Shown: positions 1 through 10,474, numbered from the stretch's first letter. The stretch: DNA of 64,000 bases from an uncultured Thermoplasmata archaeon (GCA_963719945.1 CAVRDX010000004.1:259744-323743); one strand, 5' to 3'. Made by a program: numbers and translations. Notes: generated from the letters alone by a model not told the origin.

Positions 1-3000
1 TCACCGGCTACGCCAGCTATGCAGATGGTGAACCAGCCGCGGGCGTGGAGTTGGTACTTTCCGACATCGCATCCGATATGCAGTTCGTCACTGTCACGGA
101 CGAGAGTGGCGAATATCTGTTCGACAGGGTCATCGAGTCCAAGTACAGACTTCAGACGACGGATCCGGGACTGATAGTGTTCGACGAGAAGTTCCTCGTC
201 ACCACCTACACAGAGGGGCGGAACATCACTATTTGTGACAAGATTTCGATATCGTACAGAGCATCGACCATTGACGGCGTCTCCGCGGCCTTTGCCTCGT
301 ATCTGCTTTCGGATGACTATGATGCATCCGAATTCCTGACGGGAAGCGCGGATAGATATGGTCGGATCAGCCTCGATCTGCCGGTGGGACATTACAGCCT
401 GTACGTCACATACAATTCTGGTGATGTGACCTATGCAGGCGCAATCGCGATAGATGCGAGCACATCGTCGACAGGCACACTCACACTCGCCGAAGCCTAC
501 AGGATCGTTGGCGGACTCACGTCCCCTAGTGGGTCAGTTGCGAAGAGTTGCTATGTCACATTCACATCGCAGAACGGCGCAAGGACCCCAGTCCTGAGTG
601 ATAAGTATGGCAGTCTGGAGACATGGCTCCCGGCCGGCATATACGCCGTAACGGCAGCCTCTGAGACGTACAGCGGCATCTACTCCTCCTCCCTCACTGT
701 CAGTTCGGACATCGTGGGAACCAGCTTCAAGATGTCCAGCGCGATCACGATATCCGGGACTCTGTACATGGACTCCAATAGCGATGGGGCGATATCCATG
801 TCTGAGGTTGGATCGGGCGGACTAATGATCTGCACCGACTCCTTCGGAAGGATGCACTACTGGAGAGCGGATTCCGGCGGGGCGTTCTCTATCATGATCC
901 AGAAAGGCATCAATACGGTCCTCACGAGTGGAAATGATGGATACTCGTCTTGGTCCAGCAGCATCCTCTTCGGAGACGATGTCTCAGACACCTCCCTAAT
1001 AATGGTGCCTGACCAAGTCGTCGTCACTGGCAAGGTGACTTCGGGCTCCCTCGGCATCAGAGGCGTCGATGTCTTGTTCGACCCGACGAGCACCAGCATA
1101 TCCCCAGTCACTGTGGTGTCTGGAACGAACGGATACTTCTCCGTGGCAATCGATCCATCGGAGTACACGGTCATAATCGATCAGGAATCATCCAGTGTTG
1201 AGGGCCAGTGGTATCAGTACGAATCGGATGTCGAGATACTGCCGAGTTCGGCATCCATGACCCTGAATATTCCGGTGACCACGCGAGTCGAGGTTTCCGG
1301 CAACATCATCGGGGCATCGTCTGATCTGAGTGTCCGCTTCACGGGGCCTGAAACCAAGGAACAGTCGCTCGACCTATTCAGCTATTCCTTGCTTCTGATC
1401 CCTGGCACATATGACGTGTACGCAAGCGGGCTCACGGGAAGTTCCAGTTACGCCAAGATGCTCTCTTTCGAAGTATCTCTCGACTCTAGGGTGTGTGATA
1501 TCCATCTCGAGCTTGCACGCGACCTGTCGGGGACCATCACTATCGAGAGCTCCACTGTGACCAAGCCGGTCACTGTCACGGCTACCTCGCTGCTGGGCGT
1601 CCAGATATCCGAAGAATCCTCGAATTCTGGAGTCTACAGTCTGATTCTGCCACAAGGGACCTATGTCGTCTCGTACCTTCTGGAGAGCACTCTGGCAGAT
1701 GCATCCGGCACGAAGTACATCGAATACTACGACGAGTCGATCATCGAGGTGAGTTCGGCTGACGTCATCGAGAGTCCAGAACTCAGCATGCGGTTCGACA
1801 ACACGACCCTGAGTGGACAGGTCGTCAATGAATATGGCACGCCTGTGACGGCGTTCATCCAGCTGACTCCTAATGGTAACAACGGCATCGCAACATCGTT
1901 CGCGACATCGTCATCAGGTTCGTTCTCGGCCAAGGTTCAGCCGGGAGACTATACGATGTATGTTACTCGATCGACTGACAAGCGTGTATCTATCAGCTAT
2001 ATGCACATCGAGAGGAACACGCCCGTCGAGCAGACGGTCGCTCTCTCGGTCGGTGTATACCTGAAGGGCACACTGACAGTCGCAGGTTCGGCATCGCAGG
2101 AGACTGTACTGATCTCCAATGGGGAGACGCAATTGTCCCTCGTCCCTGGAGCAGACGGATTCTTCAACGCGCTCGTGCCTAATGGCGAGTACACGGTCAG
2201 CTCTTCGGCCTCCAGGGTCGAAGGTGGCATGACTGTGAGTTACGGCCTCTCGAAAGACGTGGTCATGAACAAGAGCGATGTCTTCGTCGATCTCTTCCTG
2301 GTGCGAAACACGAAGCGCTCGGTCGTCGGCAGCTGGGATTCCACTGCACTCAAGACGGTCGCGCTCGGAGGAGAGATCAGCTATGTGATCTCCCTTGATA
2401 ACACGGGGAACGTCGCAGATACCTACACGCTCTCATCCTCGAACAGCGACTTCGAAGTGACCTTCGAGCCAGCCGAGGTGTACGCCGACTTCGGCACTTA
2501 TGGCGATAAAGTATACGTCATCGCGAGGATAACGATCGGCGCCTCGCTCGAAGCGGGGAACAATACGCTTACCGTGACAGCGAAATCGAATTCCCAGAGC
2601 AGTGTCCGGACCGATATCAGCATGATCGTGAACGTACTGCCATCCCACTCAGTGACGATAGAGAGCACGGGCACTGGCAGCCCCGTCAATGGGAACAGCA
2701 CCGCCACGACCTTCGTCGTGACCAACACTGGCAATGTCGCTGATGAGTTCACGCTCGAAGTGTCCAACCTGCAGGCGCTGGAGTCCTCTGGCTGGACGGC
2801 TAAGGTCGTGGATGTCGGAACAGGTGTGGAAGTGACATCCGTCGAGCTCGAAGCATATGAGGAAGCGGAGTTCAAGGTGATGTTCACAAGCATTCGCGCG
2901 ACCCCGGACCCGAAGGCTGAAGCGGTCGTTCTGGCCGTCTCAACCGTCAACGACGGTGTCGAGGTGCAAGGCACGATCGCAGTCAAGCTGCCGGACCTGG

Positions 3001-3179
3001 TAGTGGGTGCTGGCGACCTCGAGGTCGATCGGGACGATGTTTCGTATGTGTACGATTCGAGCCGCATGTACCTTGATGTGATACTAGCAGCGATGCTCGC
3101 AGCTCTTGTGGCGATGTTCTTCATAATGAGGCGCCGCAAAGGTCTAGGCAGATCATCCGACAAGGGGGGTAAGAAATGA
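1..3179 (+). CDS. Large cell-surface protein, 5'-truncated by the window edge (tandem Ig-like/carboxypeptidase-regulatory-like and CARDB-like beta-sandwich repeats, C-terminal TM anchor)
   Basis: The frame of ORF 45..3179 stays open upstream to base 3 (TGYASYADGEPAAG-VELVLSD). It has recurrent G-x-Y-x-hydrophobic strand motifs (PVGHYSLYV, PAGIYAVTA, PGTYDVYA, PQGTYVVSY, PGDYTMYV, PNGEYTVSS) and two NTGNVAD CARDB-type motifs. The C-terminus has a hydrophobic helix (ILAAMLAALVAMFFIM) followed by an RRRKG basic tail. Confidence 0.8.
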   Translation, partial: TGYASYADGEPAAGVELVLSDIASDMQFVTVTDESGEYLFDRVIESKYRLQTTDPGLIVFDEKFLVTTYTEGRNITICDKISISYRASTIDGVSAAFASYLLSDDYDASEFLTGSADRYGRISLDLPVGHYSLYVTYNSGDVTYAGAIAIDASTSSTGTLTLAEAYRIVGGLTSPSGSVAKSCYVTFTSQNGARTPVLSDKYGSLETWLPAGIYAVTAASETYSGIYSSSLTVSSDIVGTSFKMSSAITISGTLYMDSNSDGAISMSEVGSGGLMICTDSFGRMHYWRADSGGAFSIMIQKGINTVLTSGNDGYSSWSSSILFGDDVSDTSLIMVPDQVVVTGKVTSGSLGIRGVDVLFDPTSTSISPVTVVSGTNGYFSVAIDPSEYTVIIDQESSSVEGQWYQYESDVEILPSSASMTLNIPVTTRVEVSGNIIGASSDLSVRFTGPETKEQSLDLFSYSLLLIPGTYDVYASGLTGSSSYAKMLSFEVSLDSRVCDIHLELARDLSGTITIESSTVTKPVTVTATSLLGVQISEESSNSGVYSLILPQGTYVVSYLLESTLADASGTKYIEYYDESIIEVSSADVIESPELSMRFDNTTLSGQVVNEYGTPVTAFIQLTPNGNNGIATSFATSSSGSFSAKVQPGDYTMYVTRSTDKRVSISYMHIERNTPVEQTVALSVGVYLKGTLTVAGSASQETVLISNGETQLSLVPGADGFFNALVPNGEYTVSSSASRVEGGMTVSYGLSKDVVMNKSDVFVDLFLVRNTKRSVVGSWDSTALKTVALGGEISYVISLDNTGNVADTYTLSSSNSDFEVTFEPAEVYADFGTYGDKVYVIARITIGASLEAGNNTLTVTAKSNSQSSVRTDISMIVNVLPSHSVTIESTGTGSPVNGNSTATTFVVTNTGNVADEFTLEVSNLQALESSGWTAKVVDVGTGVEVTSVELEAYEEAEFKVMFTSIRATPDPKAEAVVLAVSTVNDGVEVQGTIAVKLPDLVVGAGDLEVDRDDVSYVYDSSRMYLDVILAAMLAALVAMFFIMRRRKGLGRSSDKGGKK

Positions 3180-3976
3180 AGACCTTGGCAGTCCGAGCGA
3201 TGACATTGGCAGTGCTGACCGTCATGGTCCTGGCACTGTGCGTGGTCGCAGTTGATCGCGCATCGACCAACGCGGCTGCATACTCCCCGATATCGGTCTC
3301 AGTCGAAGTGGCCACCGCGGCAGAGAAATCCGCCGTCATCCCGTGCACGATCACGATCGCAGGCGGGCCAGCATCAGATGCACCTGGCAATTACTCGTAC
3401 AAGGCGGAGATCATTGCCGACAACAAGACCGGCTCATCCGTCACTTCTAGCACGGGCACATCCTCATCTGGCAAGTTCAAACTGAACATCACCATGCCTG
3501 GATACGGTCCGCAGACAATCACGCTGAAGGTCAACGCGACCTCGAAGAACTCGGTCACTGGCGACAGCGTCAACAAGATAAGTGAAGTGACGATCAAGGT
3601 CGTCGATCCGATCATCCTGAGAGTCACCGTACACAACACGGGTGTGGTCGATGCCAAGAACGTCACCGCTAAGTTCTACGCTGACGGGATACTCCTGAAC
3701 ACGCAGATATTCAATGTCTCTGCCGGTTCGTCCAAGGTGCTCAAACAGAACTGGACCTGGGTCAATATCGCTGATGGCAAGCATGTCGTATCCGTGATAA
3801 TCGACGATCCGAACGGAATCGTCGAGTTCAGCGACGGGAACAATATCTATTCGATGACGATCTACATCGGAGAGCAGAGCAACCCGATCGGTGGTGTGCT
3901 GACGGTCGGCGTGATCATTATGTCCTTGTTATTGGGATTGACCATGATGACCAAGCCGTCCCGCAGGAAGAAGTGA
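3176..3976 (+). CDS. Membrane-anchored surface protein with CARDB-like domain
   Basis: The ATG overlaps the upstream stop (ATGA at 3176-3179). There is an N-terminal signal/TM segment (LAVLTVMVLALCVVAV) and a CARDB-like segment (VHNTGVVDAKNVTAKFYADG...GKHVVSVIIDDPN). The C-terminus has a TM helix plus an SRRKK tail. Confidence 0.8.
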   Translation: MKTLAVRAMTLAVLTVMVLALCVVAVDRASTNAAAYSPISVSVEVATAAEKSAVIPCTITIAGGPASDAPGNYSYKAEIIADNKTGSSVTSSTGTSSSGKFKLNITMPGYGPQTITLKVNATSKNSVTGDSVNKISEVTIKVVDPIILRVTVHNTGVVDAKNVTAKFYADGILLNTQIFNVSAGSSKVLKQNWTWVNIADGKHVVSVIIDDPNGIVEFSDGNNIYSMTIYIGEQSNPIGGVLTVGVIIMSLLLGLTMMTKPSRRKK

Positions 3977-4020
3977 TGGCGAGCGAGACTCGGGCCGGCA
4001 TGATTGCCTATCTGGGATAG

Positions 4021-4029
4021 ATATTATAT
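4021..4029 (+). promoter_or_regulatory. TATA-box candidate upstream of thioredoxin
   Basis: ATATTATAT lies in the short intergenic gap, about 20-35 nt upstream of the candidate starts (TTG 4042 / GTG 4060). Confidence 0.35.
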
Positions 4030-4041
4030 CGCAGAAGCTCT

Positions 4042-4392
4042 TTGTGGCCAGTCAAGGATGTGAGGCTCCTGTCAGAAGATATCGTACATCTTACAGATGC
4101 GAATTTCGAGACCGTCGTGAAATCCTCAGAAAAGCTGATAATCGACTGTTGGGCGCCATGGTGCGGTCCTTGCAGGATGCTCGCACCGACGTTCGAAGCG
4201 CTCGCGAAGGATTACAAAGGCAAGGTCACCTTCGCCAAGCTCGACACAGACGAAGCCCCCAAGACTGCGATGTCGATGGGCATCAACAGCATACCGACCT
4301 TGATATTCTTCAAGGGCGGGAACCAGGTCGAGAGGATGACCGGTGCTCATCCGAGGGCGAACATCGAGAACACGATGAAGAAGCACTTCTGA
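4042..4392 (+). CDS. trxA: Thioredoxin
   Basis: WCGPC active site (DCWAPWCGPCRML) and thioredoxin-fold length (about 110 aa). The start is ambiguous: TTG 4042 or in-frame GTG 4060. Confidence 0.9.
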   Translation: MWPVKDVRLLSEDIVHLTDANFETVVKSSEKLIIDCWAPWCGPCRMLAPTFEALAKDYKGKVTFAKLDTDEAPKTAMSMGINSIPTLIFFKGGNQVERMTGAHPRANIENTMKKHF

Positions 4393-4413
4393 TGGTCTCG
4401 GAAATATCGCACT

Positions 4414-5040
4414 TCAAAACTTCTTCAATACTTCTTCCAACTTTTCCTGAAGGTTCTTGGCGCTAGCGGCGACCGCCACCTCTCCACGTGTCTTCTCCAG
4501 CAGACTCCTCGCGATGTCCTGCTTCCGCCTTATGGCGACGATGGCGTCGGGATAATCGAACCTCATCAGTGCTGTGTACAGATCCTCCATCCTGTCGAGG
4601 AAGTAGTTCGCCCTGATGACGTTACTTCTCTTCAGCTCGTCAAGGGCAAGACGCCTCAACTCTCCGACCGAATCTCCGAGCGCGAGCAGATAGGCGACGC
4701 TGGATACCCCCAACTCCTCCGGTGATGGCACATCGTCCCTTTCCAGCAGTGATAGGATAATTCCAACCTCTGCATACTCCTGGAACGCGCTCTCCACATA
4801 TCCGGCGGACCATAGGTCCGGATGGTCCGCTAGCAGGCTGGACAGCATCGAAGCCTCATCCTTCAGCTCGTCCAGGGCCTCGGCGATATCCTCGTCCCTG
4901 TGGATGCTCTTCATTATTCCTCCTGACAGTCTTACAACGGCCCTGGACGATTTCAAGGCGACCTCCCTGATCTGATCCTTCTCATCCAGTTCCTCTTCTA
5001 TCTTCGTGACTACTTTCTCCAGGTTGATCATCTTGAGCAC
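4414..5040 (-). CDS. Translin-family protein (archaeal COG2178-like)
   Basis: 208-aa all-helical protein. The pattern (...SSRAVVRLSGGIMKSIHR...YLLALGDSVGELRR...) matches my recollection of archaeal translin-like proteins. It overlaps the purD 3' end by 13 nt. Confidence 0.65.
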   Translation of the reverse strand: MLKMINLEKVVTKIEEELDEKDQIREVALKSSRAVVRLSGGIMKSIHRDEDIAEALDELKDEASMLSSLLADHPDLWSAGYVESAFQEYAEVGIILSLLERDDVPSPEELGVSSVAYLLALGDSVGELRRLALDELKRSNVIRANYFLDRMEDLYTALMRFDYPDAIVAIRRKQDIARSLLEKTRGEVAVAASAKNLQEKLEEVLKKF

Positions 5041-6365
5041 CCTCTGATACCATTCATCCTGACGACTTTCGCTTCCAGCATGACCCGCTTGCCGATGTCG
5101 TGTCTCACGAATATCTTGCCAGAGACATGCCTGATCGCGTTCTCTGCGATCCTCTCAGCCTCGTCTATCTCCTCCGAGACACCGACGATGCCCACAGACC
5201 TCGACGTGGTGGTGTAGACCTTCCCATCCTTCTCGTTCACGCTAGCATAGTACAACACCGCGCCCTCGTCCGATATCGCCTTCTCATCGACCTTGATCTC
5301 CTCTCCTGCGAGAGGTTTGGAGCCGTATCCTGCAGGGACGACGTACTTACAGACGGAGGCTTTTCTGTGGAATTGATTGAGACCGTTCGCGAGGTTTCCG
5401 TCTGCCATCCCCTGGCATATCTTCACGAAATCGCCACGCAACAATGTGAGGACGTTCATGGCTTCGGGGTCTCCGAACCTCGCATTGAATTCTATGACCT
5501 TGGGGCCATCCTTCGTCAGCATGAACTGGCCGTACAGGGTCCCCTTGTACGGCGCCCCCTCCTTCTTGAGGGCGCCGACGGTCTGCTCTATTATGGACAC
5601 CGCCTGGTCATAATCCCCCTTGGTCAGGAACGGCAGGAGCCCATCGGACTGCGAGTATGAGCCCATGCCTCCGGTGTTGGGCCCTTTATCTCCCTCATAG
5701 GCCCTCTTGTGATCTTGGACCGCTGGCATGGGCAGTATCCTGGTGCCATCGCAGAATGCCTGAAGCGTGAACTCCTCGCCGACGAGCTTCTCTTCGAGGA
5801 CGATCTTGCTGCCGCCTATGCGGCTCGATATTATCTCCTCCGAATAGCGCAGGATGTCTTCCTTGGTCATCATGTGTTCGCCAAAGACCTTCACTCCTTT
5901 CCCGCCTGTGAGTCCTGTCGGCTTGACGACGATCTCGTTCCCGAGCGCGTCCAGGCCTGACACGACTTCGTCCATCGTATGGGCCTCGATGAATCTCACA
6001 GATCCCTTCACACCGTATTTCTTCATCAGGTTCCGCATGAAGATCTTCGAGGTCTCTATCCTCGCAGCGTCCTTGGACGGACTGGCTGTGGGTATGCCCG
6101 CATTCTCGAGCCCGTCCGCCAGACCGACCTCGAGAGGCGCCTCCGGCCCTACGACCGCAAGCTCGACACCCTTCCCCTTGGCGTACTCGACCACCTTCGC
6201 CACATCCATCTCGTCAACATAGAATGTGTCCTTAGCGATCCTAGCGATGCCGGGATTCCTGTTCTTCATTGCGACGAATACATCAGCGCCCGATCTCGCG
6301 AGTCCGCTAACGATCGCGTGCTCTCGGGCACCTCCCCCAACGGCCAGCACTTTCATTATATGCAA
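5028..6365 (-). CDS. purD: Phosphoribosylamine--glycine ligase
   Basis: N-terminal MKVLAVGGGAREHA, an ATP-grasp core, and EFNARFGDPE near the C-terminal half. Confidence 0.95.
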   Translation of the reverse strand: MHIMKVLAVGGGAREHAIVSGLARSGADVFVAMKNRNPGIARIAKDTFYVDEMDVAKVVEYAKGKGVELAVVGPEAPLEVGLADGLENAGIPTASPSKDAARIETSKIFMRNLMKKYGVKGSVRFIEAHTMDEVVSGLDALGNEIVVKPTGLTGGKGVKVFGEHMMTKEDILRYSEEIISSRIGGSKIVLEEKLVGEEFTLQAFCDGTRILPMPAVQDHKRAYEGDKGPNTGGMGSYSQSDGLLPFLTKGDYDQAVSIIEQTVGALKKEGAPYKGTLYGQFMLTKDGPKVIEFNARFGDPEAMNVLTLLRGDFVKICQGMADGNLANGLNQFHRKASVCKYVVPAGYGSKPLAGEEIKVDEKAISDEGAVLYYASVNEKDGKVYTTTSRSVGIVGVSEEIDEAERIAENAIRHVSGKIFVRHDIGKRVMLEAKVVRMNGIRGCSR

Positions 6366-6490
6366 CCGGCCAGGGCATCAGGCTCAGGTCTTAAGAAGAT
6401 TTTCTATGGACCGGTGTTTTTTCGGTCATTCTTCTCTCCTTGCTGATGCCCAGCAAATCATTTAAGACGACTAACACCTTCTACTGCCCG

Positions 6491-7780
6491 ATGACCTATT
6501 CTGGCCTCATCGGAAAGCTCCTGGAGGCTACAGGAACTTCCGTCGGCGATGTGATATCCGTCACCCGTGGCAAGGAGAAGATTACGGGCGTTCTGATGCC
6601 GCACCACGAGTTCAGTTCGGAATCGGTCATCACGCTAAAGTTGTCGAACGGTTACAACATCGGCGTCCGTATCGACAGCAATTCGCGCATCGAACTGGTT
6701 TCAAAGAAGGCTGCCAAGATATCGGTGAGTCGATCGATGCCAGCGAAGGATTCAAAGAAGGATGTCGCAGTCATAAGCACTGGCGGGACGATCGCATCAT
6801 ATGTCGACTATAGGACCGGCGCGGTCCATCCAGCGAAGTCTGCGGAGGAGCTGGTCTATTCTGTGCCTGAGCTGATGGACCTGTGCAATATCCGTGCGAA
6901 GGTTCTATACTCGATTCTAAGCGAGAACATGACCGTGAAGCATTGGCAAGGCTTGGCGAACGCGGTCGCGGACGAACTCAACGCGGGAGCAACGGGCGTC
7001 ATAGTGCCCCACGGCACGGATACGATGGGGTTCACTTCAGCAGCTCTTTCGTTCATGCTCAGGAACCTCTCCGGACCTGTGGTCTGCGTGGGTTCCCAGC
7101 GCTCATCTGACCGCCCCTCATCGGACGCTAGGATGAACCTGCTTGCAGCCACTCGCCTATGCGTCGACTCGGACCTGGGCGAGGTCGTCGTGGTAATGCA
7201 TGGCGAATCCTCCGATTCTTATTGTCATGTCCATCGAGGCACCAAAGTCCGCAAGATGCATTCGTCCAGAAGAGATGCCTTCAGGAGCATCAACATCGAC
7301 CCGATCGCGAAGATCGAAGGGCCAGAGATGAGTTTCATGGGGAAGTATTCCAAACGCTCATCTGGCCCGGTAGAGGTGCGGGACAAGATGGACCGGAAGG
7401 TCAGCCTCCTGTACTTCTATCCCGGTTTCGAGGGAGAGCATTTCGACCTCATCGCGAGCCATGTGAAAGGCGTGGTCGTGGCTGGCACGGGACTCGGCCA
7501 TGTGTCCGAGGAGATCACGAAGTCTATCAAGACGGCCGTGGACAATGGGGTCCACGTGGTCGTGACGAGCCAATGCCTGTCCGGCACAACCAATCTCAAT
7601 GTCTATTCGACTGGGAGGGACATGGTCGCTGCTGGCGCCCTGCCTGTCGGTGACATGCTGCCGGAGACGGCGTACGTTAAACTCATGTGGGCACTTGGCC
7701 AGGCCAAGGACCATGCGGAAGTCAACAAGCTCATGCTGACCAACATATCCGGAGAGATATGCTCGCGGAGGGAGGTCTGA
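6491..7780 (+). CDS. gatD: Glutamyl-tRNA(Gln) amidotransferase subunit D
   Basis: Asparaginase-type motifs (VISTGGTIAS, HGTDTM) and adjacency to gatE. I trimmed the ORF-track start at 6440 to the ATG at 6491 (MTYSGLIGKLLE). Confidence 0.93.
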   Translation: MTYSGLIGKLLEATGTSVGDVISVTRGKEKITGVLMPHHEFSSESVITLKLSNGYNIGVRIDSNSRIELVSKKAAKISVSRSMPAKDSKKDVAVISTGGTIASYVDYRTGAVHPAKSAEELVYSVPELMDLCNIRAKVLYSILSENMTVKHWQGLANAVADELNAGATGVIVPHGTDTMGFTSAALSFMLRNLSGPVVCVGSQRSSDRPSSDARMNLLAATRLCVDSDLGEVVVVMHGESSDSYCHVHRGTKVRKMHSSRRDAFRSINIDPIAKIEGPEMSFMGKYSKRSSGPVEVRDKMDRKVSLLYFYPGFEGEHFDLIASHVKGVVVAGTGLGHVSEEITKSIKTAVDNGVHVVVTSQCLSGTTNLNVYSTGRDMVAAGALPVGDMLPETAYVKLMWALGQAKDHAEVNKLMLTNISGEICSRREV

Positions 7781-7781
7781 C

Positions 7782-9656
7782 ATGGACTACAAGAACCTCG
7801 GTCTCAGGGTGGGCATCGAGATACACCAACAGCTGAGCACGGGTAAGCTGTTCTGTAATTGCGATTCGGAGCTCGTAGACGAGCATCACAAGGAATTCGT
7901 GAGGAACCTTCGGCCCACGCAGAGCGAGCTGGGCGAGATAGACAAGGCTGCGCTCGAAGAGGCCGAGAGGAAGCTCCAGTTCAGGTATCAGACTGTCCCG
8001 TGCTCGTGCCTGGTAGAGGCGGACGAGGAGCCGCCGCACGACGCCAACAGGTTGGCGATCGAGGCGTCCTTGGAGATGGCTCTGCTCCTGGGGACGATAC
8101 CGGCGGACGAGATACACTTCATGCGGAAGATCGTGATCGATGGATCCAACACGGGAGGGTTCCAGCGAACCGCGCTCATAGCCACGAAGGGGAGCTTGGA
8201 GCTCCATGGTAAACGGTTCGGCATGTCCTCGATATGTCTCGAGGAGGACGCTGCGAGGAAGATGACCGAGCACGCGTCCGAGGTCACATACAGGTTGGAC
8301 CGGCTCGGGATACCGCTGATAGAGATCGCGACGGATCCTGACATGTCGACACCTGAGGAGGCCAGGGCCGTTGCAGCCAGGTTGGGCGCGCTGTTGAGAG
8401 CTACCAAGAAGGTCAGGCGCGGCATCGGCACGATCCGCGAGGACCTCAACATATCCATCGCTGGCGGAGCGAGGGTGGAAATCAAAGGCGCACAGGACCT
8501 GCGCCTGATACCAGTATATGTCGAGGAGGAGGTCAAGAGACAGCTCGCACTCCTGGATGTGAAGGATGTCCTGAGAAAACGAGGTGCGAAACCCGTAACC
8601 GCCGATATCAAGGACCTGTCCGGACTCTTGAGGGGCACAAGCTGCAAGGTGCTACGGTCTGCTCTGGATTCAGGCGGCAGGGTGCTTGGCATCAGACTTC
8701 AGAAATTCGCAGGCACCCTGGGACGAACGGATGCAGGTGTCAAACGGCTGGGCGCCGAGATTGCCGCACACGCTCGTGTGGCCGGAGTCAAAGGGCTGTT
8801 CCATTCGGATGAGCTTCCAGGATATGGCATAAGCCGGTCGGAGGTCGAGGATATCGGCACGATGTTGTCTGCGGAGGCTGAGGATGCATTCGTGCTCGTG
8901 GCTGATTCCGAGGAGAGATCGAGGGCCGCCCTCATCCGCGCGGTGGACCGCGCAAACGTCGGCATATCCGGAGTTCCTGAGGAGACCAGGGACCCGCTTC
9001 CGGATGGTCAGTCCGTGTACAGCAGACCGCTCCCGGGAAAGGATAGGATGTACCCCGAGACGGATGTGAAACCTATCCTGATCTGCGAGAAGGTGCTGAA
9101 GTGCATCGAACTCAACCTCCCCGAGTTGCCTGAGGAGAAGATCTCAAGGTTGGCGAAGGTGTATTCCATCAACAAGGAGCAGGTCGAAGCGCTGATCAAC
9201 AACGCCAACGATGACGAGTTCGAGCTGCTCGCCGGTAGCATGGGAAACGCCCCAGTGGTCGCGAGGATATACCTCAACATATTCCCTGAGCTAGAGAAGG
9301 CCGGTCTGGATCCGAGCAACGTGAAGGTGGAGATAGTCCGTGAGCTGCTCTCCGCCCTCGATAAGGGGTCCTTCGCGAAGGAGGCGATTCCGGACATACT
9401 GCTCTGGATGCTCAAGAACAATGTCTGGGACGTCGAGAAGGCATCCGAGTCGCTCGGAGTGTCATCCGTCGAACTGTCCGATGTGCGCTCGATCTGCGAG
9501 CGAGTGGTGAAGGAGCGCGAGACTTTCATAAAGGAGCGGGGCAAGAGTGCCCTGGGGCCGATAATGGGTATCGTTATGAAGGAACTCCGCGGAAGAGTTG
9601 ACGGAAAGGTCATCAGTGAGATTTTGAACGAGAAGATAGAACAGCTCCTGAGTTGA
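7782..9656 (+). CDS. gatE: Glutamyl-tRNA(Gln) amidotransferase subunit E
   Basis: N-terminal GLRVGIEIHQQL is GatB/E-type. The protein is 624 aa and starts 1 nt after the gatD stop. Confidence 0.95.
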   Translation: MDYKNLGLRVGIEIHQQLSTGKLFCNCDSELVDEHHKEFVRNLRPTQSELGEIDKAALEEAERKLQFRYQTVPCSCLVEADEEPPHDANRLAIEASLEMALLLGTIPADEIHFMRKIVIDGSNTGGFQRTALIATKGSLELHGKRFGMSSICLEEDAARKMTEHASEVTYRLDRLGIPLIEIATDPDMSTPEEARAVAARLGALLRATKKVRRGIGTIREDLNISIAGGARVEIKGAQDLRLIPVYVEEEVKRQLALLDVKDVLRKRGAKPVTADIKDLSGLLRGTSCKVLRSALDSGGRVLGIRLQKFAGTLGRTDAGVKRLGAEIAAHARVAGVKGLFHSDELPGYGISRSEVEDIGTMLSAEAEDAFVLVADSEERSRAALIRAVDRANVGISGVPEETRDPLPDGQSVYSRPLPGKDRMYPETDVKPILICEKVLKCIELNLPELPEEKISRLAKVYSINKEQVEALINNANDDEFELLAGSMGNAPVVARIYLNIFPELEKAGLDPSNVKVEIVRELLSALDKGSFAKEAIPDILLWMLKNNVWDVEKASESLGVSSVELSDVRSICERVVKERETFIKERGKSALGPIMGIVMKELRGRVDGKVISEILNEKIEQLLS

Positions 9657-9831
9657 AGTCCTTCTTCGCGAGCACCGTGAGGAAGTCCTTGCAGTACTCG
9701 ATTGCTGCCCCAGAGTTTTTCTCTTGGCAGGTCAGGAAGCTCTTGCAGAGCTCGTCGAGGTCTTCCTGGTTGTTGTACTTCCTCTTCTTCTCAACGGTCA
9801 CGGGAACCCTCTCCTGAAGGGATTCTCCCAA
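9613..9831 (-). CDS. Hypothetical small protein (3 Cys)
   Basis: 72-codon ORF with coding-like codon usage (aag/gag/gac/ctc rich) in the gatE/prmC gap. It has a TTG start and its 3' end overlaps gatE convergently by 44 nt. I recognise no family. Confidence 0.35.
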   Translation of the reverse strand: MGESLQERVPVTVEKKRKYNNQEDLDELCKSFLTCQEKNSGAAIEYCKDFLTVLAKKDFNSGAVLSSRSKSH

Positions 9832-9868
9832 TCGGGGCTGTGCCTAATAATACTTCTCGCTTACATTC

Positions 9869-10474
9869 TCAAGGACTGCCAATCTTCCGAACCAGTCTGT
9901 ACGCGAATATCGACTCGAAGAACATGTGCTTCTCCTCGATCATCACAGTCTCGTACTGCTCCCTAGCTGCCCTGAGAATGCTCCTCAAGCCTCCAAGAGA
10001 TGAGAGGATCATGAATATCTCCCCTTTCGGTGAGAGATGTCTCCACGCGTCGCCTAGGAACCCGATGATGACGTCCGACCCGTCCCCCCCTCCTGCCCAG
10101 GCCTTCTCCATCCAGCTGGGTGGTCCATCCTCGTCCGGGAGATAGGGTGGGTTGAACACGATCACGTCGAACAGTCCCGGGACCTTCTCGAAAAGGTCAC
10201 TCTCGACCACATCCATCTTCAAGTCGTTCCGCAACGCGTTCGACCGCGCACACTGGACCGCATTCGGGTTGATGTCGACAGCGGTCACCAAGGCCCCGGA
10301 TTTTGCTGCATGGAGCGCCACTATCCCGCTGCCTGTGCCCATGTCTAGGAGCCTCTTGTTCGGAGAAATCTCAGTGACCTCCAGTATCAGGTAGGAATCA
10401 TCACTGGGGTTGTACACTTCTGCGGCGACCTGTATGTCTATCGAATGATCGAGCTTCACATGGTCGGTATGCAC
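9869..10474 (-). CDS. HemK/PrmC-family N5-glutamine methyltransferase (archaeal Mtq2-like)
   Basis: SAM motif LDMGTGSGIVAL and catalytic NPPY (VIVFNPPYLP). Confidence 0.85.
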   Translation of the reverse strand: MHTDHVKLDHSIDIQVAAEVYNPSDDSYLILEVTEISPNKRLLDMGTGSGIVALHAAKSGALVTAVDINPNAVQCARSNALRNDLKMDVVESDLFEKVPGLFDVIVFNPPYLPDEDGPPSWMEKAWAGGGDGSDVIIGFLGDAWRHLSPKGEIFMILSSLGGLRSILRAAREQYETVMIEEKHMFFESIFAYRLVRKIGSP

